The translations under genes were made by a program, and so were the position numbers. Under the pieces are notes generated by a model. The model did not search any database, was not told the origin of the DNA, and worked only from the letters and a program-made list of their open reading frames with translations. A DNA stretch of 63,889 nt, counting the filler, from Octopus bimaculoides (taxonomy: Eukaryota), in NCBI RefSeq assembly GCF_001194135.2. It is 4 parts of 4 records of this genome, joined end to end, with 100 filler letters (N's around TTAATTAATTAA, not from the genome) between each part and the next. Parts side by side here need not be neighbours in the genome. Positions count along the whole stretch, not along the records: positions 1 to 26,548 come from NC_068981.1; 3 more parts are not named here. One strand, written 5' to 3'. Position 1 is the first letter of the stretch, and every line of letters starts with the position of its first letter. Shown here one piece after another: positions 1 to 11,916 of this stretch.

Positions 1-261
1 TCTCTGTTTTGGTTAGGATTTTTCCAATTTCTTTTTTCTTGTATCAAGTAATGGAGGAAAGCACTAAAAAGATAATTAATTTCATAGAGCCGAGCAAAAT
101 CAAAAAATATTCTATTTTTTCCCTTTCCTTAATACTAACAAGAGCATTGTATGTGAGAGATTTAGCTATTATTTTTAGCAAATTGAACAACCACACAGAG
201 TTGTTCAGTTGACTCCTTTGTTGATGTGTATAAGTAAACAAAAACTAAAAACACATACAGC

Positions 262-305
262 ATGGCCACCGTCAAATGACTGAAACAAGTAAAAGAATAA
301 AAGAA
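262..305 (+). mobile_element. SINE family B, 3' end fragment
   Basis: catggccaccgtcaaatgactgaaacaagtaaaagaataaaaga matches the 3' ends of fuller copies at 27437-27905 and 29615-29672. Confidence 0.7.
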
Positions 306-478
306 TACGAGAAAAACTTTCCGTACCACTAAACCAAGAGGTTTCTCTGAATATGTACGATGTATTTTAAGGCTAAATAGAAATTCTGTTTACGTTTGCG
401 TAACTGAAATATTTTGGTTGGAGTATTTAGTTATCGGTTTTACCCTTCTTTCTATATTATGCAACTGTCGCAATATAC

Positions 479-673
479 TTTTCTACAATAGGCATAAGTT
501 CTGAATTTTTTTTTGGGGGTGGGGGGTGGGGGGCAGTCAATTAGATCGGCCCAGTACGTAAATGGTACTTAATTTATCGACCCCGAAAGGCAATGTCGAC
601 CTCGTAAAGACAGACGAATTACCGCTAAGCATTTCACCCAGCGAGCTAACGTTTCTGCCAGCTCACCGCCTTT
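479..673 (-). mobile_element. SINE family A (tRNA-like head, possible Meta-domain body), internally deleted
   Basis: Reverse complement gives head aaggcggtgagctggcagaaacgttagc, body cctttcggggtcgataaattaagtacca and a tagaa tail, as in the copy at 62790-63025. Confidence 0.85.
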
Positions 674-694
674 AACTGTAACAATATAGAAACA

Positions 695-889
695 TAAGGC
701 TGTGAGCTGGCAGAAACGTTAGCACTCCGGGAAAAATGCTATCTTCACAAAAGTCTATCTTCACGTTCTGAGTTCAAATTCCGCCGAGGTCGACTTTTGC
801 CTTTCATCCTGTACAGGTCGATAAATTAAATACCAGTTGCGTACTGGGTCGATCTAATCGACTAGTCCCCTCGCCAAAAATTTCGGGCC
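695..889 (+). mobile_element. SINE family A
   Basis: aaggctgtgagctggcagaaacgttagc head, B-box-like gagttcaaattcc, body gaggtcgacttttgcctttcatcc...gtcgatctaatcgac. Confidence 0.85.
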
Positions 890-923
890 GGATCTAGCTT
901 ATTATTATTATTATTATTATTAT

Positions 924-1124
924 TAAGGCGGTGAGGAAGTAGAAACGTTATCGTCTCAAACAAAATGCTTAGCGGCATTTCTTCTAACCCTTTACGTTCT
1001 CTGTTCTGACTCGTCAAGTTCGATTTGCGTCTCATCATTTCGTTGTCGATAAAATAAGTACCAGTCCAGCAATCGACTATGCCCCTCCCCATGAAATTAC
1101 TAGCCTTCTGCCAACATTTGAAAC
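924..1124 (+). mobile_element. SINE family A, diverged
   Basis: taaggcggtgag head after an (ATT)n run; gtcgataaaataagtaccag body; tttgaaac tail. Confidence 0.75.
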
Positions 1125-1153
1125 AATTATAATTATTACCGATATAATATTGA

Positions 1154-1288
1154 TTTCAAATTTTGGCACAAGACCAGAAATTTCAGAGGAGGAGCAAGTC
1201 GATTACCTCTACCCCAGTGTTCAATTGGTACTTACTTATTTTATCGACCCCGATAGGATGAAAGACAGAGTCAGACTCGGCGGAATTT
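1154..1288 (-). mobile_element. SINE family A, 5'-truncated
   Basis: Reverse complement: aaattccgccgag...ggggtcgataaaataagtaagtacc...tgtgccaaaatttgaaa. Confidence 0.8.
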
Positions 1289-2677
1289 ATTACTGATATA
1301 ATATTAATTTCATGTAATTCTTGGGCTTTCTAGCGCTAGTTATCGTGGATCTCATTATTAGAGACTAAGAATGTATTCTTTAATAAGAAATTGCTTACTT
1401 ATAAATAAGTATATTTATTCGATAATCTTAGTCGCTTGCATTGAGTACCATCGAAAGGGACCGCCGCTGTATCCTTCCAGTAGTGGTTTAATATACTGTC
1501 TACTTAGTCTATTGATACACTTCATAAAATGTATTTGCTTTCAATGAATATGTGTTCAGTAAGTTTTTCATGATAGACAATAGTTTGAACTTTGAAATGT
1601 TTTGCTAAAACTGAAAGTTGGCCATTGTATCGAAGTGAAATACAACTAAAACCTAGGAGAAACATAGGTATACAAGATTTAGAAATATAAACATAATTTT
1701 GACTTATGAGTGCCAAAAGTTTTAGTAGTATTGCACAGCAATTTTATTGCCGAAAAGGTTAAATAGTGTGTCTATATATTAATGTGAAGGAATGTAGCTT
1801 ACATTTTTAAATTTGTGGGAATATAATTAAATCTTTTGGGATATATTTCCTCTGATATTTTTTGAAATTTAAAGTTGTTGAAATACGCTTAAAATGTTAT
1901 AGCTTTTGTCTATGACTGCTGAGAGATCAACAATATTTTAACAACCAATAAATAGATAAAGAAACACAACCACCTAATTTAATAACTCTACTTCAAAGTT
2001 TTCTATTAAAATCACTAAACTGTCAATTCCCATGGAGCTCTATAAATTTCATTCATGAGTTTCGTATTAACTGAAGATATATTGGATATTATGAGACAAA
2101 ATGAATTAGTAAAACAAATATTCCCTTTGACCTTAGATTATTAGTTGTGGGTTTGAGACAGCAAAATGATATTGATACGCTACTGATATTTAATAATCTT
2201 CGATATAGTGTAGTAGGATATTCTCTGTAAAGTTATAAATGAACGACCGCTAAAGAATATAAAAAAAAATAATTGCTGTTCTGACTCGAGTGAAGTGAAT
2301 GTTTGGAATTAATAGTGTGTGGTGAGTAAACGGCTTGTAGTTATCTATGAATACAAGCTAGAAGTGAAAGAAGTATTTCAGTATATGGTTCAAAATATTA
2401 TACTAAATACAATTTCCTGTTAAAGTTTGAAACAAAAGTGATGAAACATAAATTCTTCAGCTTTGAAATATTCATTTCAAAATTCAGTGCTTTATTTCAA
2501 CACGTCAATCTCTTGATCACTGCATTAACAACAACAACAAAAAAAAAAGAAGAAAGAAAACGCACCCCATCCCAGTTTTAATAGTTAAAATTTGTAACAT
2601 GTTTGTACTTAATGTTACTACTGTGACTACATTTTGTAAAAAAAAAACATTGTTAGTAACAGATTGTAAAAATATAC

Positions 2678-2781
2678 TTAAGCCATTGTTGGTTGAGACG
2701 ACCAGACATCTGTTCTATGAGTTATGATGTCATTGTAGGAGTCGTCGCAGTTAAAATATTCATTATGGATCGGTGTTTGGT
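2678..2781 (-). CDS. Candidate terminal coding exon (x-QTPIHNEYFNCDDSYNDIITHRTDVWSSQPTMA*), product unknown
   Basis: ttgcag acceptor at 2787-2782; open frame to TAA at 2680-2678; phase-compatible with a gtatgt donor at 2965 (184-bp intron). No homology recognised. Confidence 0.25.
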
Positions 2782-3337
2782 CTGCAATTTACAATAGAAT
2801 TCATTGATAATTGACTTGAAAGAATTCTGATTAGTTAGTAAAATTGTTGCTGATGAGAATTTAGTGAAATTGTTTTATTTAAGTTAAATTTTATTTGCCA
2901 TTAAAATGTCTCTCTGTCATTACTATTAGAAAACAGCATTTTAATTACAATTTTTTCCTACATACTTTCACTACCAATCACTGAAGAAGAATTTAATGTT
3001 TTAAGTGAATCTGCACTCAGTAAATTACCTATTAATTGAAACTTTAATATTCCTGCGACATTTTTCTCACTAAAGTTCATATCTTTTACGAGTACCTTGT
3101 TCATTTACAGAATCATGTCTCAAGTAGGTAACTACTCTAGCTAGCCATACAGACCATCGATTTACACATTTCGCTTTCAATATCTTAGAAGTGATCGAAA
3201 CATTGAAACAGTCGTAAACGAGCAGCCTCTTCTTTGATCAGTTTTCAAATATTTACACCATGAAATATAGCTTAGATAAAACCAAATCTACACCATACAC
3301 ACTTGACTCTGTTTCTTTCTGTCTCTCTCTTTCTCTT

Positions 3338-3339
<2 letters not shown>

Positions 3340-3406
<67 letters not shown>

Positions 3407-3542
3407 GTCTCTCTCTCCCTCTCTAAGATAAACTCTCTCAATTGCGTCTAGAGCAATAACACTTTGTTAAATTTGCAAGTATCCAGCAGAATGCTGATGC
3501 TATATTTGAGAGGGGTCAACTGTCTGTCTGTCTGTTTCTTAC

Positions 3543-3601
<59 letters not shown>

Positions 3602-3603
3602 CT

Positions 3604-3668
<65 letters not shown>

Positions 3669-3930
3669 TCTCTCTCTCATACACACGCGCACATGCATCA
3701 TTCTACATTCAACCAAAAGAGAGAAGCTAATTTGATTGGCAAAACTTCAGCAACAATAGTACAACAATCACACCGCGCCCTCCCTCACCATCTCCTTCCC
3801 TCTCTCATCGTATCCCTTCCTCCCTCTACGTCCCCCCCTCTCTCTCTCACTCCCTCTCACTCTCTCTCACTCACTCTCTCTCTTTCACTCTCTCTCTTTC
3901 ACTCTCTCTCTCTCTCTCTCTCTCTCTTGT
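3340..3930. repeat. Compound microsatellite block (GTCT)n, (TCTT)n, (CT)n
   Basis: Directly visible; explains the ORFs at 3253-4022. Confidence 0.95.
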
Positions 3931-4099
3931 CTCCCTCCTCTCTTATTTTCTCTCTTCTGATGCAAATATCACAGTTCCTGCTCTTCAAATTAATACCTTT
4001 TCCTTTCGATAGACAGATATAGATACATAAATAGACACATATAACTATTTGTTTACTTAAGTTAACTAGGACTAAAACTCGTATGTAAAAAAAGTACGA

Positions 4100-4357
4100 T
4101 CAGCTTTCTCTTGTGGACTCATCTTCATTAAATGTAAAGCAAAAACGGATGTCACTTAAAACTCTGCGATGACAGTAGATATCAACATCTGTCTGTATAG
4201 CTATAGCGTCGAGATTAATTTCATATTCAAGGAGTTTCCTAAAATTAATTCCAATATTTGTTTTGAGATTCGCGGGCATCACTGGGTATCTTAGCACATT
4301 TTCTCTATTACATCTATCCATAGGTATCAATGGTAGGGTATCGTGACAATTTGTTAA
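4100..4357 (-). CDS. 85-codon non-repetitive open frame, possible exon or pseudo-exon
   Basis: Stop-free 4357-4103 in AT-rich DNA: ...DTLPLIPMDRCNRENVLRYPVMPANLKTNIGINFRKLLEYEINLDAIAIQTDVDIYCHRRVLSDIRFCFTFNEDESTRES*; splice sites ambiguous. Confidence 0.3.
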   Translation of the reverse strand, partial: LTNCHDTLPLIPMDRCNRENVLRYPVMPANLKTNIGINFRKLLEYEINLDAIAIQTDVDIYCHRRVLSDIRFCFTFNEDESTRES

Positions 4358-5504
4358 TTATTTATGAAATTTTAAAGCCGGTGTTTATATTTCGTCTATC
4401 ATCTGGTATCCTAAGATATTTCAATAGTTTAATTAGTTCTTTTTATTTTTAACATATTCAGTGTAGTGACAATTAAAATTTTGATTAGAAATTCTTGTGT
4501 GCGGAGAAAATGAAAAACGACAATATTAGCTAAATGATATATTAATCATTTCAAAAAGTACTGGAGACAAACAAATGAGGCTTCTCAGCAAAATATATGC
4601 GTCAAATATACGTCACTGTACTTTCTGAATAAGTCATTAGAGAATCACAAATAAAATAAACTATATTTTACACGAGTAGGCGTGAAACATTAAGGCATTA
4701 AAAGTAAATCACTGAGGTTAATGACTCGGAGACTTTGATGCTCTCTAAATATTGTTGATGGAATGAACTGGTGTGTTAGTACGTCAGATAGTGAATCGAT
4801 ACTTGATGAGTCATATATATATAACTTGCTGAGGCATATATTCTAGAGAGACGTCGGTGTGACATATGATGCCTATGTTGCCTTAAAAAATAAACTACAA
4901 ACAGTTATTTATGAAAATAAATCAATGAAGCTCTACAAACACTAATATATAGAATAAAACAAACCCTAATAAATAATCGGTTTATAAACAAGTCAGTAGA
5001 CCAAGCAATAGATCAATACGGAAACAAATTCAGCACAGCAAACATAACAAACGACGTCCGGTGAAAAAAGCAGTTCATATGTAAAGTGTATTACATGAAT
5101 CAAATATTCCCTGGTTAATATATATGTACATACATACATACATACATACATACATACATACATNNNNNNNNNNNNNNNNNNNNNNNNNNNNNNNNNNNNN
5201 NNNNNNNNNNNNNNNNNNNNNNNNNNNNNNNNNNNNNNNNNNNNNNNNNNNNNNNNNNNNNNNNNNNNNNNNNNNNNNNNNNNNNNNNNNNNNNNNNNNN
5301 NNNNNNNNNNNNNNNNNNNNNNNNNNNNNNNNNNNNNNNNNNNNNNNNNNNNNNNNNNNNNNNNNNNNNNNNNNNNNNNNNNNNNNNNNNNNNNNNNNNN
5401 NNNNNNNNNNNNNNNNNNNNNNNNNNNNNNNNNNNNNNNNNNNNNNNNNNNNNNNNNNNNNNNNNNNNNNNNNNNNNNNNNNNNNNNNNNNNNNNNNNNN
5501 NNNN

Positions 5505-5551
<47 letters not shown>

Positions 5552-6224
5552 CACATATATAAGTTAATATATATGCATATATTTATATATCTTCTAAAAT
5601 AGAAAACAGTAGAAGGTCAATGTTACATCATCATAAATTAACATTAAGTGTATATTACAAATGTATACAAATTAAACAATGTACTCATCAAATCATGCGC
5701 AATAAGCTTTAAGTATGCAAGACTTTGAATAAAATTTAGATGATCAATACTCTCGGCAAATTTTATGAAACCATATATGTTGTAAAATTTACGACTAGCG
5801 TTGCTTTGGTCATGCCAGCATGGCACTTCTCATGGGTAAAACATTGTTAATAGTTTAATCATTAGACTAACGACAATGCCCATGAACCATTGTAAGGCCT
5901 CTGAGCCTGACGGGAGCCCTGACCCATTTCTTGGATCAGAACAGACTATTTTAAAATTTCTTCAAATTGAACAGAATAAATTTACTGCCCTATAGCAGGA
6001 TAGGCCATTCCGACTCTGGGGTGTCCTATCCCGTTCTTCATAGTTGCTGTCTACGATATCTTGCTGACAAGGAATTTGTCGATCCAAGTAAGAAACACTG
6101 CTCTAAGGTGCAGCGTTGTTGGTTTGAACCATTATTACAAGAAAGTATTGGATAACATTTCATTATACGTTATAAAGCAAAGCTAGATTAGAATTCAATA
6201 GTTGTCAACTTATTTTTGTCTTCT

Positions 6225-6590
6225 ATTTTTAGCTTCATTCAATCATCGGACTATGGCCTCTGTTTAGATTTTGGTCGAAGAAATTGACACCACTACTTAT
6301 TTTTTACGCATGTCATATATTGTATCTCGCTCTTTCGCGGAACCACAAACTTAGAGGGACATATACAAACTAACACCAGATGTCAAGCTGTAGTGGAGGA
6401 CAAAGACAATTACAGAGACACACACATAGACGTATATATCTATACGGCAGATTTCTTTCAGTTACTGTTTACAAAATCCACTCACAAAGATTTGCTCGGC
6501 CCGGGGTTATAATAATAATAATAATAATAATAAACTACTGCAATGCAGTGTGAATGAAATCGGAGCCATGTGGTTCTGAATCAAACTGAA
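6225..6590 (-). mobile_element. SINE family B, diverged
   Basis: Reverse-complement segments match the B head (ccacatggctccgatttc), ccgggccgagcaaatctttgtgagtggatttt body and gccatagtccgatgattgaa 3' end. Confidence 0.65.
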
Positions 6591-6670
6591 GCAAACTTTT
6601 TACAATTATAAAAATGATTAGTCATAAAATTTATGTTTGCTGCCACGTTACTTCTACTTCTTAATCCTAG

Positions 6671-7008
6671 GAGAACATCTTCTCCAGCTGGTTAACAACA
6701 CAACCTGTGTCCGATAGATTGCAAGCAGGGGAGCGAACCCTCACCAGCTTCTAGCGATTTGACAGGACTAGTCGACTATCCTGGTTTCAAGCTATTTTTG
6801 GCCCATCCTCAGTACTGGACACCTGTCCACTAGAGATGGTAGTCGTTCGCCCTAGCTTGCAATTTATAGAAAAATAAACGACGTAGCCCGAAACGAAGCT
6901 GGTCTACTGGTCCTATCAAATCATTAGAAGCTGGTAGGGGTTCGCTCCCCTGCCTGCAATATATCGGACATAAGGTGTAATCGTTAATCAACTGGAGAAT
7001 ATGTTCTT
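6671..7008. mobile_element. Inverted pair of a hammerhead-bearing repeat (PLE-end or retrozyme-like); arms 6671-6788 and 6890-7008
   Basis: Manual alignment of the left arm to the reverse complement of the right arm: about 23 mismatches and 1 gap over ~119 nt. Confidence 0.85.
6768..6818 (-). ncRNA. Type I hammerhead ribozyme motif; core intact, stems partly decayed
   Basis: Minus strand reads ccagta CTGAGGA t gggc caaaaata gctt GAAA c caggata GTC gactag. The right-arm copy preserves perfect partners gccc and tactgg. Confidence 0.7.
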
Positions 7009-8079
7009 ATGACGAGAACGTCGTTTCGTACGGAACAGCCATGATGAAGTGGCAAGGAACATTACTTTTTTGTATAGTTAATACTGGCATATCTTATAGA
7101 GATTTTAGATTTAGCGACTTTGTTCATAGAATTGATATTAATAGAAGAACACAGAATAAAAAACCGAGCTAGGGCAACCTATTCTACAAACAGGGATCAG
7201 TTTCTTTATTAGCAGTAATCATATTAAAGCATATTAAATTTGGCTAAAATGAATTTCTAACATTGTTTAAAGGACGTTACAATCGATTAAATAACCCTCA
7301 TTACTTGACAGTACAATGATTATATGCACAAATCTCTAAGTAGGTCTGCAATGATTAAATGCAAAACTCTTCTCGTTAGGATTTGAACTCAGAAAGTAAA
7401 ATGCCGGAAATAAGTATCAGAAGATATTTTGTAAGAAACTCGAAAGATTTGGGCGCACCACAGAATAACGAATTTTGAACACATTATTCCCATGATTTTT
7501 GTCGACTATAAAATTGACAGCGATAACAACGACACCAATAATAATTTCATGCAGAAAAATACCACGAGGGAGGTCTACGAACAATCAATGGACAGAACAT
7601 ACTATAGAGGAAAAATAAAATATAACGAATAAATAAGGAGATAGAAAAAATACAAATAAAAAACAACTAAATCCCCAAACAAATGAGCAGTCATGTGTGA
7701 CTCTCGCACATAGATATAGACACTAGTTTACTCATACACAAATGTTACAAATGTAAATTTTCTAGGCGAAAAGATGAATTTGCTGTAATATAATAGCTGA
7801 TATGTTATCATGGAAGGTAAAAAAAAAACAAAAAAAAACCGAAAAACGATCCGTGATTCCATATTCGTTTGCGATAATTGAACCATTTATGTTTCCGTCC
7901 TATAATAGATATGTGTAATGTATATAAACAAACACGTAAGTAAGCTTAGATGCATGCATGCACATATATCTGTATTTATATATATATATATGCACATACA
8001 TATATATACACATATATGTATACATATATATGCATATATATGTATATATATTATATATATATGTATGATATGTGTGTGC

Positions 8080-8117
<38 letters not shown>

Positions 8118-8127
8118 NNNNNNNNNN

Positions 8128-8159
<32 letters not shown>

Positions 8160-9639
8160 AGACACATATGTATACATACATTTATACATATATATGATAT
8201 ATATGCATGTATATATGTATATATATATGCATATGTATGCATAGAAGAGTGTGTATATATACATATATATGTACGTCTGTGTATGTGTGTGTGAGTGTGT
8301 TTGTGTGTGTGCGTGCACGTGTGTGTGTGTGTTTGTGTGTGTGTGTTTATGTGTGTGTGAATGCATTAAAAGATTTGTTGATGCATATGTATGTGTTTTA
8401 CCATTTAACAATGAAATATCGATATGACGATTATGTACAGGGTTAAATGAAATATTTACCCTTTCCGTAACTTATCTATGAGAATTAACAAAAGTGGGGT
8501 CCAAAAGAGAAAGAGAGAAAATGAGAGAGAGAAAAGACAGAGAGAGAGAGAGAGAAAGAGAAAAAAAAAGAGACCGAGAGAGAGAGAGAGAGAGAGCAGG
8601 GTGAGTGGCGGCTTGGGACCGAGATACTGGGCATCAGTGTGCGTAACTGCAGGAAAATGAAAGTAAACGAAGGTGGTAAGGAAAAATAAATAATAAATTT
8701 ATATTATAAATTTGCTTTTAGATAATACTCAGGAATAGATAGTGTAACATTACTGTATTCTCCTAGCATAATCTTCACTTTAAACACGATTGAAAACTTG
8801 AGCTGAACACATATATTGAAATATATTCCATCATTTATTCATATGAAATTATAATATCCATATAAATGTTCCTTTTTCTATGATTTTTAGCTTGCTTCAA
8901 CTATATATGTGTGTGTTTCTGTTCGCACATACTGACGTACGCGCGCACACACACACACACATACACACACAAACACACACAAGCACACACATACACATAT
9001 ATAAATTGTTTAGTTTTTCCTTTTTTGAAATATTTCTTTTCTTTAAACTACGCCATGGTTTAATTTTCTGATTCATCGAAATAGATAAGAGGGGCTTTAG
9101 AACAATTATATCAATTGGGTGATTGTGTATTATTTATTGTTTCATTCATGAAACGTTTGTAGCTCAAATTTAACACAAGAATAGCAAATTGACGGGAAAA
9201 TGATTAAAAAGATCGCTTTCTTTTCCCCTTTCTCTCCCTGTCTTTTTTTCTCTCTCTCCATATATATATGTTTCAGTATCTATATATCTATCTATCTACC
9301 TATCTATACATATATATAAATATATACATGCACACATACATACATACATACATACATACACATACATACGTACATACATACATACATACATGCAATAATG
9401 TATGTGTGTATATATGTATGTATATTTGTATATATATATATANNNNNNNNNNGGGGAGACTGAAAGAAAAAGAGACAAAGAGACAGAGTGACAGAGATAG
9501 AAAGAGGAAGGGAGAAAATATTTCTTTGTGTTTTTTTTTTCTTTCCGCAGAATATCTTATAAACTTTCATTCAATGAAAAATTCATTTAAATCTTTTGAA
9601 CTCGAAAGATGAATTGTGTTTTGATATTTTGATGATAAC

Positions 9640-11470
9640 AATTTGTTCAGAAAATTTGTTATAGTGGTGAAGTCTTTGATAATCGGATACGTTGCCATGA
9701 CAAGACTAGTTTGGTTTCCGACAACTGTTAAGAGATATGACTGAAGCAGCTGTAGCTGAGTATCAGAATAATGTCCACAACTCAGTTCACAGAAAGCTGG
9801 TCAAATTCAAATTCTTAGATACACTCAAACAATTGTCAAAGTTCAATGTTCTAACGAATAAATGCATGTTTACAAAAGAAAATCACAGTTAAAATGATGA
9901 GCAGTTTTAAAAAGAAATTGCAATATCAGCAGCGAGAAATAGAGTGATATGGTATACTCTTCTCTTTAACTACAAGCTACAACTCCACCATTGCCACTGA
10001 AAATAATCCATCTCCACACACAAGAGCAAAAACGTCAGCCTGGACATTTTGATGGGCTTTGGTCGGAAAGCATACACCTACTGACAAACCACCAATATCA
10101 GCCATACCTTCTGAGTTTGACCTTCAATGCAAAATCGTCAACAAAATGCAAGACACAAAACCTAATAAGTCCTCCGACGCTGAATAAAATATCGCCAGAG
10201 TTCTAAAAAATACTATATCGAGCTAGCTTACTCTCTGTTTCTGCTACCTCAGCTTTGCTTCACATGTGGTGCATTTTCAGACCAATGGAAGAAGATCTCT
10301 GTGATTCCTAGTTATAAGAAAAACTTTGAATATAATTGAACACCAGCAAAATTTTGCTATCATTCACACGCAAACAACCATTAAGCAACCTCTGGGACAA
10401 TGAATTCATTTCCCGAAACTAAATTTGGCTTCGAACCTAGCTATAACAGGGCATATATTCTTGATATTGGGCCAGTAATATGGAACAACTAGAGCAGCAT
10501 AAGCCAGAATGTGTGTATTGTAGCTTGCAATGGAAAATTTAATTGAATGCTACACCAAGTTCGAATTAAAGGAAAACAGCAGACATTACTCCGGTGAATC
10601 TAAATCTACCTAAATAGAGATTCCACGAAGGTCAACTTTTTAATCCAACGCTGTGGTCCACCACCCATAAATCGTTAGCTTTACAAGTCTGAGTCCTCTC
10701 AGTTATCCTCTTATTTTTCATAGATGATCTGCTCAACTGTGTAGAAGTACATGTCGTTTGAAAATTATTCGTGCGTGTGCATCGACTCCTCTACGCACTT
10801 TGCATCGATAAAAGGGGAAGGCTACCTGGATGTAGTTAGCTTAAACTTTTACCAAAGACTTAGATGAGCGAAGCGTAACGTTTGTTTAACCAATATGTAA
10901 AACGAACGACGTTACAATTTGAGAATTGATGGCTACTTTTGAAAAAGCAGCTAGAGGTTCTGAGCATAACAACAGATAGTAGACTGGCGCTGGTACAACA
11001 AAACGTCTTTGCATGTAATAGTGTCTTGGGATCCAACATAAAGTTGCCGGCAATTTTAATAAAGAAGAGAGAGAGTTATGGCTTTAAAGTCTAAATCCCA
11101 AGCAAATATGAAGCAATTATATGAAGCAATGTATATGTTTATCGAATACCTTATAAAGTATATTCATTCAACTCACTGTAATTCAAAAGAATCCTCTCGA
11201 GATAATTTCAGTTGATGGAAGTAATGCTTCGAAAAAACTCCCTACCAACAGCTTACAACATAGCTGACAAGTTACAATAGCTGCAACTTTCTATACAATT
11301 CACAGAGACTACCTGCCAGCTCTTAGTGTAGGGCTATCACCACAATTTGAAAGAATCCGTTCCGCAAGGAATAGCAGAATCATTTCTACATGTAACTACA
11401 ATATAGCTGATGCCAAGATCCATACACTGTACAGAAGCATGCTGTACTCAACTATAAGAAATTGAAAATA
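9640..11470 (+). mobile_element. Decayed CR1/L2-like non-LTR retrotransposon (RT region to 3' end)
   Basis: RT-like translated islands CGAFSDQWKKISVIPSYKK (10265-10321) and LLFFIDDLLNC (~10708-10740), a GYHHNLK C-terminal-like motif (~11331); many stops and frameshifts. Confidence 0.7.
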
Positions 11471-11916
11471 CAAAGCAAAAACAAAAAGAAAATAACTAAA
11501 AAAAAAATTCCAAGGACTCCTACTAAAACATGTTATCTTGATCAACGAGCTAAAAAGGTATCAACAGCTGACTGTAAAGTCTCTTCTGGTCAATCTCTGG
11601 ACATCGGCTTGCAAGAAACTAAGGAATTACTACTTCAAAAATATAATATATAGGCGCGCATGTGTGTGTGCATGTGTTTGCATTATTCAACACTTAGTCC
11701 CTAAATCTTATGTGGTGCAAAGGAATTCTTCATTCTTTTCGGGTGGTAGGACCATCGTTGAGAGTGACTTGTATGAATTTGCTTTGCCAATAATGTTCCA
11801 AGTAATAAATAAGGAAAATTGATGTGATAACCTAGTATTTAATGTTAAGTCAATGTCTCTAAATATGTACAGGTATTGACTATGACATCCTTTGAATTCA
11901 GTAGAGGTTAGTTTAG

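Noticed and set aside
695-790. tRNA-like A/B-box sequences in SINE heads
   Set aside because: No complete cloverleaf; these are SINE promoters, not tRNA genes
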